Positions 9,973 to 20,539 of a DNA stretch of 64,000 nt are shown here, in pieces. Within the stretch, counting starts at the first letter, position 1, and each line of letters starts with the position of its first letter. The notes beneath the pieces were generated by a model. That model was given only the letters and a program-made list of their open reading frames with translations. It was not told the origin of the DNA and did not search any database. Source of the DNA: Eledone cirrhosa (taxonomy: Eukaryota); NCBI GenBank assembly GCA_964016885.1, contig OZ024743.1, forward strand, positions 258,664,001 to 258,728,000, read 5' to 3'. The position numbers were made by a program, and so were the translations under genes.

Positions 9973-12086
9973 ATGGCTACGAAAAAGAAATTTCATACGT
10001 CACTCCCACTCATTCCGTCTTCTTCTTCCTCAATCATCACTACAGCAGAGAGAAGATTGTCTCTCTCCCTCCCTTCTTTAAATGTGTCTCTCTCCCTCCC
10101 TTCTCTTTCGCAAGTGACGAAAGAAAAGAAAAGTCTCGTGCAAAGCGTGCAAGGTTTCTCCACGACGACGACGACAGCGACGAAACAGGTGTGCGGGAAA
10201 TACGAAAACCCAGTTCATTCGTCTGACGTCAGGAATAATAGCAGTAGCAGCCGTAATAACAACAGCAACGGTGACAATGAAAACAACAGTAGCAGCCGCA
10301 ACAGCATCACCAGCAGCATAAACAACAACAGCATTAGCAGCAGCAACACCAACAACAACCACAGCAACAGCGGCGGAGGCAGTAGTCGTAGTACCTGCAG
10401 CAACAACAAAAGTACCAGCAGCTCTGACGACAACAACAACAGCAGAGAAAAACCAATCTCATTTGCAGGTATTGCGAAAAACTTGGAAACAATCCTCATA
10501 ACAAATGAGGAATTAGAGGAAGCGAAGAAGATAGTGACAAAGAACGGACACCGAGCAATCTGCAAGGCAGCGGAAAAATTTTTCGAAACCCAAGAGCACT
10601 GTACGGTCACGTACCGTACAGTAAGTACAAAATCCCGTAGGGTGGAAAGAGCCACAGAGGCCCAAATACAAAAAGCCTTGGGGTCTGTGTGGCAGCGGAA
10701 AACGCACATCACCCGAGGCAAAAAATATGCCACCGTAGACGTACTTTTTGCCACACCCCAGGAGGCAAAGGCCCAATCAGTAGTGACCCTAAGGAGCGAG
10801 GAAATGGTGTTGGTGCCCTCCTTCTGCGGGCAAAAAATTGTGAGGGTCAAACTGACCCACGTCCCCCCCCCCCCCCCCCCCCCCCCCGGAATGACCCCTT
10901 CTTGGCTGGCCGCGTCTGTCCTCGTCGGAATCGAGGACAAAACAACTGTACTGCAAGTACAGAAAAAAGTAAGAGAAGATTGGGTCGGCTCCTCCATTGA
11001 GATGCTAATCCAAACCAACCAGGAGTGCATCGAAGCTATCCCGGATGTGATAGACTGCGATAACGGCACTCAACTGCCCATAAGTGTTGAGGGCAAACGC
11101 CCGAAATGCTTTCGCTGTGGATCGAAGACTCACCTCAGGGCCTTCTGCAACGAGAAGACCCTGAGAAAGGAGAAAACCCCCTACTTCCGAATCCGGCTCC
11201 ACGGCTACCAGAAACAGGACAAGCGGCAACCAGGAACGATAGGTCCGTGGCACCCATACCCACTCCACGGAAATCAAAAACAGCAGCAGCAGTGGAAATA
11301 TTAACAACAACAACAGCAATACCAAATGCAGCTGCAACAGAGACTCCAGTGCAAACATCACCAACAACAACAAGTGAAAGAGTGGAGCTGGTACCCCTCC
11401 CCGACCTCACAGAATCAGACATGGAGTGTGAGGTGGGAGAGGGATGGCAAAAGGTCGCAAGAAGGCACAAACGCAGAAGCAGCGCATCGTTGCCTTTGAA
11501 AAGGGAGGAAAGGAATGAGAAAAGGGTAAAGTCTACTGCAAAGAGACCCACAGCAGCAACACCACCAACACCATCACCACCCACACCAGCACCACCATCA
11601 CCACCGGCGACAACCCCACCGCCAACAACACCTTCAACACCACCACCACAAGCACCAACATCGCAAACACAACAACAAAACACACACACCCAGCAACAAC
11701 GACAAGAAAATAGCAGAACCACACCCCACCCCCAGAAAAACAAATGCACGGCAATAAACACACACAACAAGAAACTAATGACTTACATAATTGAACACAC
11801 AGACATTTCACAACAGGACTACATAATACCAGCACCAATCAAAACGCCAACTAACATAAGACTGCTAAAAATAGCACAGAAACAATACACAAACATTAAA
11901 ACGAAATTCCCCAACGCAGTTGGTGATTTCAGGGACCTAGGAGGAACCATCAATCGAAGAGTATATTCAGACATTCTCTTAGAGGAGCCGACGACCAGTC
12001 GAAGGGACGATTCAACGGTCCCTTCACCAGACGATCAAGTGAAAAGGGATGTAAAAACCATCCCTCCTCTACAAAAAGTACGGTAA
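9973..12086 (+). pseudogene. ORF1 of copy C, split by one frameshift just after the zinc knuckle
   Basis: ORF 9973-11304 carries CFRCGSKTHLRAFC; similarity to copy B (GRKIPLLATP ~ GENPLLPNP) continues in ORF 11106-12086, placing the shift at ~11150-11175. Confidence 0.8.
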
Positions 12087-12121
12087 GTGGTCTTTCCCAT
12101 CTTTTCCACTCTATTTTAAAC

Positions 12122-15100
12122 ATGACCTCACTCAGAATAGGCAGCATAAATGCGCGTGGCTTGGGGTCGTCATGGAAGCAGGGTCACCTGCTCAACGACC
12201 TCAGGTCACTAAACATAGATGTAGTGGCCATCAGCGAGACCAGAATCTCCGAAGCACGGGCCTTCGCACCGATCTTCGGCGGCTACGATGTGTACGCATC
12301 TCCCAGCCGTCCTGGATCGGGTGGAGGAGTTGCTGTGCTTTTTCGGAGAGGTTTGGATCTCGCCATACGGGCCATCTTCCTGGACCCAGAGGGTAAGCTG
12401 GTGGTGCTAGACGTGACCAGCGGAGACCGGCAAGCTTTCAGGCTAGTGGCCGTCTATGCCCCGACAGGAGCAGGGCGGCCTGATTTCTTCCGGCGTCTGG
12501 AGACCTTTCTTGGAACGTCCCGCTCTTTAGTGTTAGTGGGCGACTGGAACGGGATCTTAGATGCACGCTGGGACTGTGTGGGATTAGCGGATACGGGTGG
12601 AGGGTGCAAGATCCTCACCAACCTGCTCAGGCGTTTTGAACTGTCTGACAGGTACCGATTGGATTTCCCGAATGTGCCAATGTGGACTTGGACAAACCGC
12701 ATAGGGTCATCCAGATCATATCTAGATAGAGTATTTTGTAGGGAAATAGATAGGTCTAGCATAGGCTGTCCACAATTCAAGATAGTCAGCTACACGGACC
12801 ACAAATTCGTGACCTGTGTGCTTGACTTAGATAGGCTTCATAGACGAGGACCCGGCTACTGGAAGCTAAACGCGTCCTTACCAGCGCGCAAGGCCTACAG
12901 AGACCGGATTAGCGAACTAGTTAAGCGGGCGTTGACGGGGGCCATCGTCAACAACAAGTGGTGGTTGGCTCTGAAAAGAGCGATTAGAATAGAATCGATT
13001 AGGTTTAGTAAGGCTTTAGCAATAGAGAAAAATAGAGCAGAGGGAGAACTAGTTAGAAAATTAGACGAGGCGCTTAGCAAAGGCATTGCGACCGACGTGC
13101 TTGCGGCGAAATTGGCCCTTGACCAATTCTTCAATGCAAAGCACGAAGGCTGCGTTGTCAGAGCTAGGGTGCGTGCTCTCAGACACGAGGGGACGAAAGC
13201 CGTTCAATGGGCCCGAGTGGCGGAGGCGCGTCGTGGCAACAAAGCCACGATCCGGTCTTTGGTGGACCACGACGGGCGCATGCTACTCGATCCCGGGCAA
13301 ATGTGTGAAGCTTTTCAGCGACACTTCGCTCAGCTGTTCGGGGGCAGCGGGGAGCCGGGTAGAGGGATGGACTTTAGTGTCTACCTCGACGGACTGCCGC
13401 GGCTCTCGGCCACTGAGGCGAAGTGTTGCGAAAAGCCGATAACAGCCGCTGAAGTAAGGGAGGCAATGACTGGCTGCACAAGGGGTAAATCGCCTGGTTT
13501 GGATGGTCTGCCCTATGAACTTTACGTACAGATGCCAGACTTGTTCGGAGGCCTCTTGGCGGACGTCTACTGCAACTGGCAACAGAACGGGAGAATTCCC
13601 AGTTCTGTGAGCCGAGGAGCGGTGGCACTGCTGAGAAAGGATCCGAACAAGGGGGATAACATAGACAATTTCCGGCCCATAACTCTGCTAAACACAGAGT
13701 TCAAGATTTTGGCCAAGGTGCTAGCAAAGAGGTTGGCGCTTGTCGTTGGTGGTCTGGTGGGAGAGGCGCAGACATGCGCCATTCCCGACAGATCCATCCA
13801 CGACAACCTCCACCTCATGCGATACATCATAGAGAGGGTAGCTAAGGAACCTGGCACGGGTGGGTCCTTGATCAATTTAGATCAGTCGAAAGCTTTCGAT
13901 AGGGTCGACCATCGTTACCTAGCGGCAGTCCTGAGGGCGGCTGGCTTTCGGCCCGTCTTCAGAGGCTGGATCGCTGCCATGCACAGCGACATCTGCTCTG
14001 TGGTGAGAGTGAACGGTCACCTGTCGGAACCGTTCAACATCATGCGCTCGGTCCGCCAAGGATGGCCCCTCTCGTCCCTCTTGTACGTATTGACTCTCGA
14101 GCCATTACTGCACAAACTGGAGACGTTGAGGGGAGTCCCGCGCGAACTAGGATGCGGAAGATCCGTGTCAGCATATGCGGACGATGTCACCGTAGTGGTG
14201 TCGAACGCCAAACACATCGAGGCGATCGGCACTACACTAAGAGAATACGAAGCGGTGACAGGAGCAATGATCAACCAGGAAAAGTCAGTGGGCCTGCAGC
14301 TCGGCACCTGGAGAGGCAGGTCCATGCCGTCCAACAGCGTCGTCGGGCGCTGGACGGACGGACCGGTTAAATTGCTAGGGGTCTGGTTCGGTCCGGACCT
14401 CCAGACGGACAAAAACTGGGACGAGGTGACGAGCAGGGTGGCTTCTCTCACCCAGAAATGGGCCGAGAGGAAGCTATCCCTGAAAGGTCGAGCGGAGGTG
14501 GCTAACGCGTACATCGCGTCTGTCATCTGCTACCGCCTGACCGTCGTACCTTGTCCTAAGCCTCGCCTGACTGCGCTGGAGCGTTTGCTCTTTCGCTTTT
14601 TGTGGAAGGGACGTGCTCCGATGGTCAGGCGGTCCATCTGTTGTCAACACCCGCTACGTGCAGGGCTGGGCATGCCGTGGCTGATGATGCGCAGGCACGC
14701 GCTCAGGCTACGACATCTCCACCTCTTCCTCGACGGTGATCAGGTGTGGTCGCCGTTTGCTAGGCGCGTATTTCCCCAGCTCGTTTCCTTGACGGAGCTG
14801 CAGCCCTGGGTCAAGCGAAGACCGAGAGGGAGCGCCTGGAGACTGGAATGTCTTCAGGCGCTCACAGCCCTCGACCAATCGGGCAATGTGATCGGTGGAA
14901 ACTCCACCTCGGCGTTCTATAGAGGATTAGTGGAGGGGAAGAGCGACGACGTACTTGGGGAAACTCTAGGCGTCGACGAAAATCAACTAGCCAATCTCTT
15001 TGGAAGAACTTTCGGGCCGGGGCCTATGGACAACTTCCAGAAATCTCTGGCCTGGCAGTGCTACCGAGGAGCCTTGCCAGTTCGGGATAAACTCTACAGG

Positions 15101-15541
15101 CATGGAGGTGCCGTCAGCCGGGCATGTCCGAGATGCGCGCAGGGCGACGAAACCGTCCTGCACGCACTCGTCCAGTGTCCGAAAATTGCTGACTTGTGGG
15201 TTTATGTCGAACACCTGCTGTCGCGTTTAGGACGGATCCGGCTATCATCTGAGTCCATCGTGAGGATTGCCCCGCCCTCCTCCTTTAGCCGGGAAGGGCA
15301 GGCAGTTTTTATCTGTCTGGTGGCCATGGCGAAAGAGATAGTATGGTGGACACGTTTGAAAGGGCTGAAGACGAGCACTTACCTCTTCGGTGATGCTCTG
15401 ATTGACTTTTTCAAATTTCATTTGAAAAGGAAAATCAGAGTAGAGAGGGAAGTGCTCTCTTCCCAGCATTTTGTTGAAAGATGGGTGAGAGAAGCAAGAA
15501 TGGCCCGAATGAATGGGCCTTCTCTGAGTATATATCTGTAA
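12122..15541 (+). CDS. ORF2 polyprotein of copy C (AP endonuclease, RT, zinc finger)
   Basis: Uninterrupted 1139 aa with YADD; a few substitutions at positions shared by A and B (QGWPLS for QGCPLS, RAGLG for RGGLG) may impair it. Confidence 0.93.
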   Translation: MTSLRIGSINARGLGSSWKQGHLLNDLRSLNIDVVAISETRISEARAFAPIFGGYDVYASPSRPGSGGGVAVLFRRGLDLAIRAIFLDPEGKLVVLDVTSGDRQAFRLVAVYAPTGAGRPDFFRRLETFLGTSRSLVLVGDWNGILDARWDCVGLADTGGGCKILTNLLRRFELSDRYRLDFPNVPMWTWTNRIGSSRSYLDRVFCREIDRSSIGCPQFKIVSYTDHKFVTCVLDLDRLHRRGPGYWKLNASLPARKAYRDRISELVKRALTGAIVNNKWWLALKRAIRIESIRFSKALAIEKNRAEGELVRKLDEALSKGIATDVLAAKLALDQFFNAKHEGCVVRARVRALRHEGTKAVQWARVAEARRGNKATIRSLVDHDGRMLLDPGQMCEAFQRHFAQLFGGSGEPGRGMDFSVYLDGLPRLSATEAKCCEKPITAAEVREAMTGCTRGKSPGLDGLPYELYVQMPDLFGGLLADVYCNWQQNGRIPSSVSRGAVALLRKDPNKGDNIDNFRPITLLNTEFKILAKVLAKRLALVVGGLVGEAQTCAIPDRSIHDNLHLMRYIIERVAKEPGTGGSLINLDQSKAFDRVDHRYLAAVLRAAGFRPVFRGWIAAMHSDICSVVRVNGHLSEPFNIMRSVRQGWPLSSLLYVLTLEPLLHKLETLRGVPRELGCGRSVSAYADDVTVVVSNAKHIEAIGTTLREYEAVTGAMINQEKSVGLQLGTWRGRSMPSNSVVGRWTDGPVKLLGVWFGPDLQTDKNWDEVTSRVASLTQKWAERKLSLKGRAEVANAYIASVICYRLTVVPCPKPRLTALERLLFRFLWKGRAPMVRRSICCQHPLRAGLGMPWLMMRRHALRLRHLHLFLDGDQVWSPFARRVFPQLVSLTELQPWVKRRPRGSAWRLECLQALTALDQSGNVIGGNSTSAFYRGLVEGKSDDVLGETLGVDENQLANLFGRTFGPGPMDNFQKSLAWQCYRGALPVRDKLYRHGGAVSRACPRCAQGDETVLHALVQCPKIADLWVYVEHLLSRLGRIRLSSESIVRIAPPSSFSREGQAVFICLVAMAKEIVWWTRLKGLKTSTYLFGDALIDFFKFHLKRKIRVEREVLSSQHFVERWVREARMARMNGPSLSIYL

Positions 15542-15800
15542 ACTAAAGGTGGAAAACTGGGAGAGGGCACTTGCCTTGGTGGTCAGGGTCATTGTGGCTT
15601 TTTACTGGGCTTTCTCCACAAATGTCCCTCCGAAGTCTCCCCCCTATTGGGGAATTTTTCATTGTTATTTTCATTGTTATTTTTGTTACATCCTCTGTTT
15701 TTGTTTTTTACACGCAGAAATGCCCATTTGTACCGTCCTGCATTGTCCTGCACTGTCCTTAATGTCTACTTTATGTAAACCCTTGTGGTTAATAAAGAAA

Positions 15801-15859
<59 letters not shown>

Positions 15860-16086
15860 GAAGGTGGTGGATTGGCAGTATCAGAAGGGTGGCAGACAAC
15901 ATGCTATGTAGCATAAGTTATGGCCCTTTATGTTCTGAGTTCAAATCCCGCCGAGGTTAGCTTTGCCTTTCAGGCTTACGGGCAATAAAATAAATCACCA
16001 GTAATTCACTGGGGTCAATTTGATCAACTTTCCCCTCTCCCAAAATTGCTGGCCTTGTGCCTATAGTGGAAACCATTATTATTATT
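15860..16086 (+). mobile_element. tRNA-derived SINE with (ATT)n tail (Nin/Deu-like central domain, tentative)
   Basis: A-box-like TGGCAG, B-box GAGTTCAAATCC, core GCCTTTCA...AAAATAAA..ACCAG, tail GGCCTTGTGCC..GAAACC(ATT)4; further copies at 57414 (+), ~48960-49127 (-), ~50210-50340 (-). Confidence 0.8.
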
Positions 16087-16099
16087 ATATATACACATG

Positions 16100-16255
16100 G
16101 CAGGTTTCTGCCTACCAAATTCTTTCACAAGGCCTTGGCCCATGTGGAGCTATAGTGGAAGGGATTTGCCAATGGTGCCCCACAGTAGGATAGAAGCCAA
16201 GATGACAAACATGATCATGGAACAAACTTCTTAACCACACAGCTATGACTGTACC
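16100..16255 (-). mobile_element. Degenerate SINE (second family)
   Basis: CTACCAAATT..CACAAGG..GCTATAG..GAAG...TTGCC.A.GGT pattern recurs at 23165-23290. Confidence 0.5.
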
Positions 16256-16339
16256 TGATTTCATGTTCATTTCCATTCTTCCCTTACCTCACCAATAAAA
16301 ATGTTTATGGAGAACAAATAAATGCACCTCAGATACTGA

Positions 16340-17100
16340 TTAAGGGTACAATGCTTAAAGTTGTGACTTCTTTTGAAAACCTGGGTAGCTGGTACATTCA
16401 CTTTGACAGCCTAGAATATAAAGGCTGATCATGGTATATATCTCATTTGGTCATTCTACTCTGCTGTATTCTTCTGAAACTTAAACAATGTACATGCATC
16501 TTGTAAAAATGTTGGAAAATTTTCACAAAAAGTGCCTTTGTCACATACTCAGAATAAGATGGTCCTCACACGTTCCTGATACTGAGGTTTTCACTGAAGC
16601 TGGTATCACATCAATCCAAGCCTGCTTATTAGTAATCAATTACGCTGAACAGGTCATCTCATCTCTATGGATAATGAGCACATTCCCAAGCAGATGTTTA
16701 TGATAAGCTTATGCTGGGAAAGAGAGATATTAGTAAGCCAAAGAAAAGATACAAGGACTCTTAAAAATCAAATTTGAAATGTCTTCAATTATGTTACAAA
16801 AGTCTTGAATGTGGCAGATAAGGAAGCATGGCAAGCTGTGATTTGGAGCAGTGTTATAGATTTTTGAACTTCACAGAAATGCTGAAATGAAAGGAAAAGT
16901 TTGTAAAAATGAGATTAATAACAATAACAGATTCATAAGTAGATTCACATTCTTCTATAAATATTCCATATGTACAAAAGTATGCATACTTCATGCTGGT
17001 TTGAAATTATACCAGTACACCCATGCTGGCAAGGTACACAGATGACCAGTTTCAATGCCATGTTTGTCAAAAAACCTACAAGTCACAAGTCAAGTGAAGT
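16340..17100 (+). mobile_element. Decayed RTE-clade LINE ORF2 C-terminal fragment
   Basis: Broken frames read LLYSSET, LENFHKKCLCHILRIRW..VPDTEV..AGITSI, GHL..MDNEHIPKQM, typical of the region after the RT of RTE elements. Confidence 0.65.
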
Positions 17101-17145
17101 ATGAGACATTGCTGCAGTATTTGCAGTCAGCTCTTCAAACGCCTT

Positions 17146-18752
17146 TCATCATCATTTAATGTCTATTTTCCACGCCAGCATGGGTTAGATGGGTTTGTCC
17201 CATTAGAGGCAAGTTGGGTCAGGTGACCATGTCTTGCTCATATAGGACTGTTTCTGGATGGTTTTCTATGACTGGATACCCTTACTAATGCCAACCACAT
17301 TTACAGTGTGTGCTGGGTGCTTTTTGCCGTGTCTCCTACATGACCACTTTATAGTGTGGGCTGGGAGCTTTTTGTTGTGACACCTACACGATCACTTAAC
17401 AAGATGTTTGTGTGATACCAACATAACTTTACTGAGTAAGGGTGGTCTGGGTGGAAGTAGGAGGGTGATGTAGGTGGGGTGTATATTAGATTAAGAGGTG
17501 CCTACTGAGTGTAGGTTTAAGTCTGTGTATAAAGGAAGGCGGGTTTTCTTTATTACTGCATAAGACCAAAGATCTTGATCCTGTGACATTGTCTTTGAGA
17601 GGTGCAGTCCAAGGACTTTCTGGGTCTTCTTACTCTGTAGCATCCATCAATTTTGATCGCCCTGCACCTTTTTATACAGCTGTCATCCTTCATACACATC
17701 ACATGGCCATAGCAATGCAATCTCTTCTCTAGTATACTGCATTTGATCCCTCTTATACCTAATTTCTCACTTAGTTCATTTACGCTTTGCCGTTTGTGTA
17801 TTGTACATCCATCGGAGCCTGCATGCTTCATTTCTTTCCAATCTATGCAGATCCCCTGCGCACAGTGCCCAGATCTCACTACCATGTAACATTGCTGTTC
17901 ATATACATGTATCGTACAATCTGCCTTTCATTTTTACGGAGAAACCTTTTGTGGCCAACAGCGGTATTAGCTCTCTGAACTTTTTTTATCCCGTTCTTTA
18001 TCTGGCTACTGTATTTTCAGAACACCCTCCTCCACTGCTGATTTTGTCACCCAGCTAATGGAAAGTGTCTACTATTTCTATAGAACCATCTGGGCAATTG
18101 AAGGAGCTAGTATCCTGTGGGTACTTGCTACTTACTGCACCCAAGCATCGGCCACATATAAAACATACGTTCTTTGATAGACTGCCTGTGATCCAACTAC
18201 GTATTTTAAGTTCTTATAGTTTATATTTGGGACATAGAATGGAATTTATACCTACTCCTTTCCTACACACTGAGCAAGGCCATTTCCCTGAGGGAAACTG
18301 TGCCCTATTTTCCTTAGTCTTAGACAAGTTAACTTTAAGGCCTTTTGATTCTAGGCCATGCTTCCAGGTTTGGAATTTCTTCTCTAGTTCAGCCATAGAT
18401 TCAGCTATGAGAGTTAGATCATCTGCATATAGAAGTTCCCATGGGCAGCCAGTCTTAAACTCTTCTATTATAGCCTGTTCAGCAATAATAAACAGGAAGG
18501 GTGCTAAGGACGGCGCCCTGGTGAACAACTACTTTTACGCTAAATTCTTCACAATGTTCATTGTTAATTCTAACCATGGCTTGTATAGCTTTCACAAGCT
18601 ACTCATCCACTACTAGTTTTCTAAGAGCCCACCAGATAATGGAGTGGAGACTTGGTCAAATGCTTTCTCCAAGACAACAAAAGCTAAGTAGAGGGGTTTA
18701 CTTTTAGCTAGGTACTTCTCCTGTAGTTGCCTCTCTGAGGAAGAGAGCATCT
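17146..18752 (-). mobile_element. 5'-truncated decayed RTE-like LINE (RT, Cys-rich insert, 3' end with (GAT)n tail)
   Basis: Minus strand RQLQEKYLAKSKPLYLAFVVLEKAFDQ, PWELLYADDLTLIAES, KGLKVNLSKTK, WPCSVCRKGVG, YGHVM; many frameshifts. Confidence 0.8.
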
Positions 18753-18784
18753 GTGGTACTTTTACTTGGCACAAACCCAAACTG

Positions 18785-19330
18785 TTCCTTTCCTCCTTAC
18801 TCCCCTTCCTCTCCTTTCACTCACTACTCCCCTTCTTCTCCTTACTCTCCTTTCCTCCTTACTCTCTTTTCTTCCTTACTCTCCTTTCCTCCTCACTCTC
18901 CTTTCTCTCCTTACTCTCTCCTTACTCTCATCTTTCCTCCTTACTCTCCTTTCTTCCTTACTCTCCTTCCCTCCTTACTCTGCTTCCCTCCTTACTCTCC
19001 TTTCCTCCTTGCTCTCCTTTCCTCCTCACTCTCAATTCTCTCCTTACTCTCTCCTTCCCTCCTTACTCGCCTTCCCTCCTTACTCTCCTTTCCTCCTTGC
19101 TCTCCTTTCTTCCTTACTCTCCTTTCCTCCTTGCTCTCCTTTCTTTCTTACTCTCCTATCCTCCTTACTCTCCTTTCCTCCTTACTCTCTTTTCCTCCTA
19201 TATCTCCTTTCCTCCTCACTCTCCTTTCTCTCCTTACTCTCTCCTTTCCTCTTTACTCTCCTTGCTCTCCTTGCTCTCCTTTCCTCCTTGCTCTCCTTGC
19301 TCTCCTTACTTTCCTTTCCTACTTACCATA
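18785..19330. repeat. Polypyrimidine degenerate tandem repeat, roughly (CTCCTTTCCTCCTTACT)n
   Basis: Directly visible; ~540 bp of almost only C/T on the + strand. Confidence 0.9.
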
Positions 19331-19540
19331 TCTCCCCTTCTTAAACTCCCCCCCTCTTTTCTTGTCATTACCCCTCTTACATTCCTCCATTTCCTGGAAA
19401 GAGCTTACATTTTAGTTAACCTCGAGCAACAGAAAAAGTCATTTAAGATTTCATACTAGGAAACATCAACTATAGGTACAAGAAGAGGTAAAGCTCTGCA
19501 AGGATCAGTCAACCACCATATATATATATATATATATATT

Positions 19541-20522
19541 CCACACACTAGCATGGGTTAGATGGGTTGTCCCGTTCTGTGACATGTCAGATCAGATGAC
19601 AGTGTCTTGCTCATACAGAACTGTTTCTGGATTGGTTTCTATGGCTAGATGCCCCTTCTAATGAGGACTGGGTGCTTGTTGTCGAGTCACCAACATGACC
19701 ATATTACAGGGTGGATTAGGTGCTTTGTGTCATGGCACAAGCTTGACCACCTTACAGGGTGGAGTGAGACCTTTTAGCCATTTCATCAGTATTTTGGAGG
19801 AGAGTGTTCAGCTTTCGATGATTATATGTATGGGTTTGACAAGAGAGGTGTATCAGATATGGAAAGTGGGGAGAGGTACATATATAGTATAGGGATAGGT
19901 GAGATAGATCTAAGGTAGGGTACTTAGCTGGTGAAGGGTAAGGTGTTAAGTCATGGGAGGACTATGGAAGGAAAGGGGGAGAGGTAATGCATAACAGTGA
20001 CCACTAGATGTTTGCTTCATCACATGCATATGGGATTGTTTGAGGTCAGCTGTTATTACTTCATCACAAACTTTCTTAGGTCTTCTGCTCCTATAGCTTC
20101 CATGCATCACATGTCCATACCACTGCAATCTCCTCTCTTGCACGCTCAATCTGATCCTTTTTATGTACAGTTTCTCTTTCAGTTCATTTACGCTTTGCCA
20201 TTCATGTATTTTCTCCCTTTTTACACATCCATCAGAGCATGCAAGCTTCATTTCTTTCCAATCTTCACACGTTCCCTGCACACTATGCCTTGGTCTCACT
20301 ACCATGCAGCATTGCTGTTCATATACCCTAATTTTGTCACCTAGGTAACAGAAGCTGTCAACTGCTTCTACGGAACCCTCTAAGAATTTGGTAGAGCTTG
20401 TTTCCTGTGATTACTTGCTGCTTACTGCTCTTGTGCATCAGCCGCATGTAAAAACTTACATTCTTTGTAAGCCTGCCTGAAATCCCACTACGTCCATAAT
20501 TTTTCATTTGGGACAAAAGATA
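19541..20522 (-). mobile_element. Decayed 3' fragment of the same RTE-like LINE family
   Basis: Minus-strand SVNELKEKL..VQERRLQWYGHVM; shares GCATGGGTTAGATGGG and GATGCCC 3' motifs with 17160-17300. Confidence 0.7.
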
Positions 20523-20539
20523 GAATATATATATATATA

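Larger units (their letters stand above)
9758..15859 (+). mobile_element. Tx1/L1-group non-LTR retrotransposon, copy C, full-length (6,102 bp)
   Basis: 215-nt 5'UTR, split ORF1, intact 1139-aa ORF2, 3'UTR with AATAAA, (ATT)19 tail at 15803-15859. Confidence 0.95.

Noticed and set aside
549-14526. Antisense ORFs recurring in all three LINEs (e.g. 2112-2621, 8109-8462, 14017-14526) and Leu/Cys-rich antisense ORFs over ORF1
   Set aside because: Expected shadows of a conserved coding strand and of AAC/AGC repeats; lengths vary between copies and no domains are recognisable
217-15541. Bacterial RT system (retron, group II intron, DGR) or LTR element
   Set aside because: APE-RT-CCHC architecture with ORF1, AATAAA and simple-repeat tails is diagnostic of non-LTR retrotransposons; no LTRs, integrase or protease
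3881-15859. Target-site duplications around copies B and C
   Set aside because: Only (ATT)n flanks them, so a TSD cannot be distinguished from the tail
15860-15960. tRNA gene
   Set aside because: A/B boxes are present but there is no complete cloverleaf, and the sequence continues into a SINE body repeated elsewhere in the window
18753-19459. Leu/Ser/Pro-rich ORFs
   Set aside because: Translation of a stop-free pyrimidine repeat
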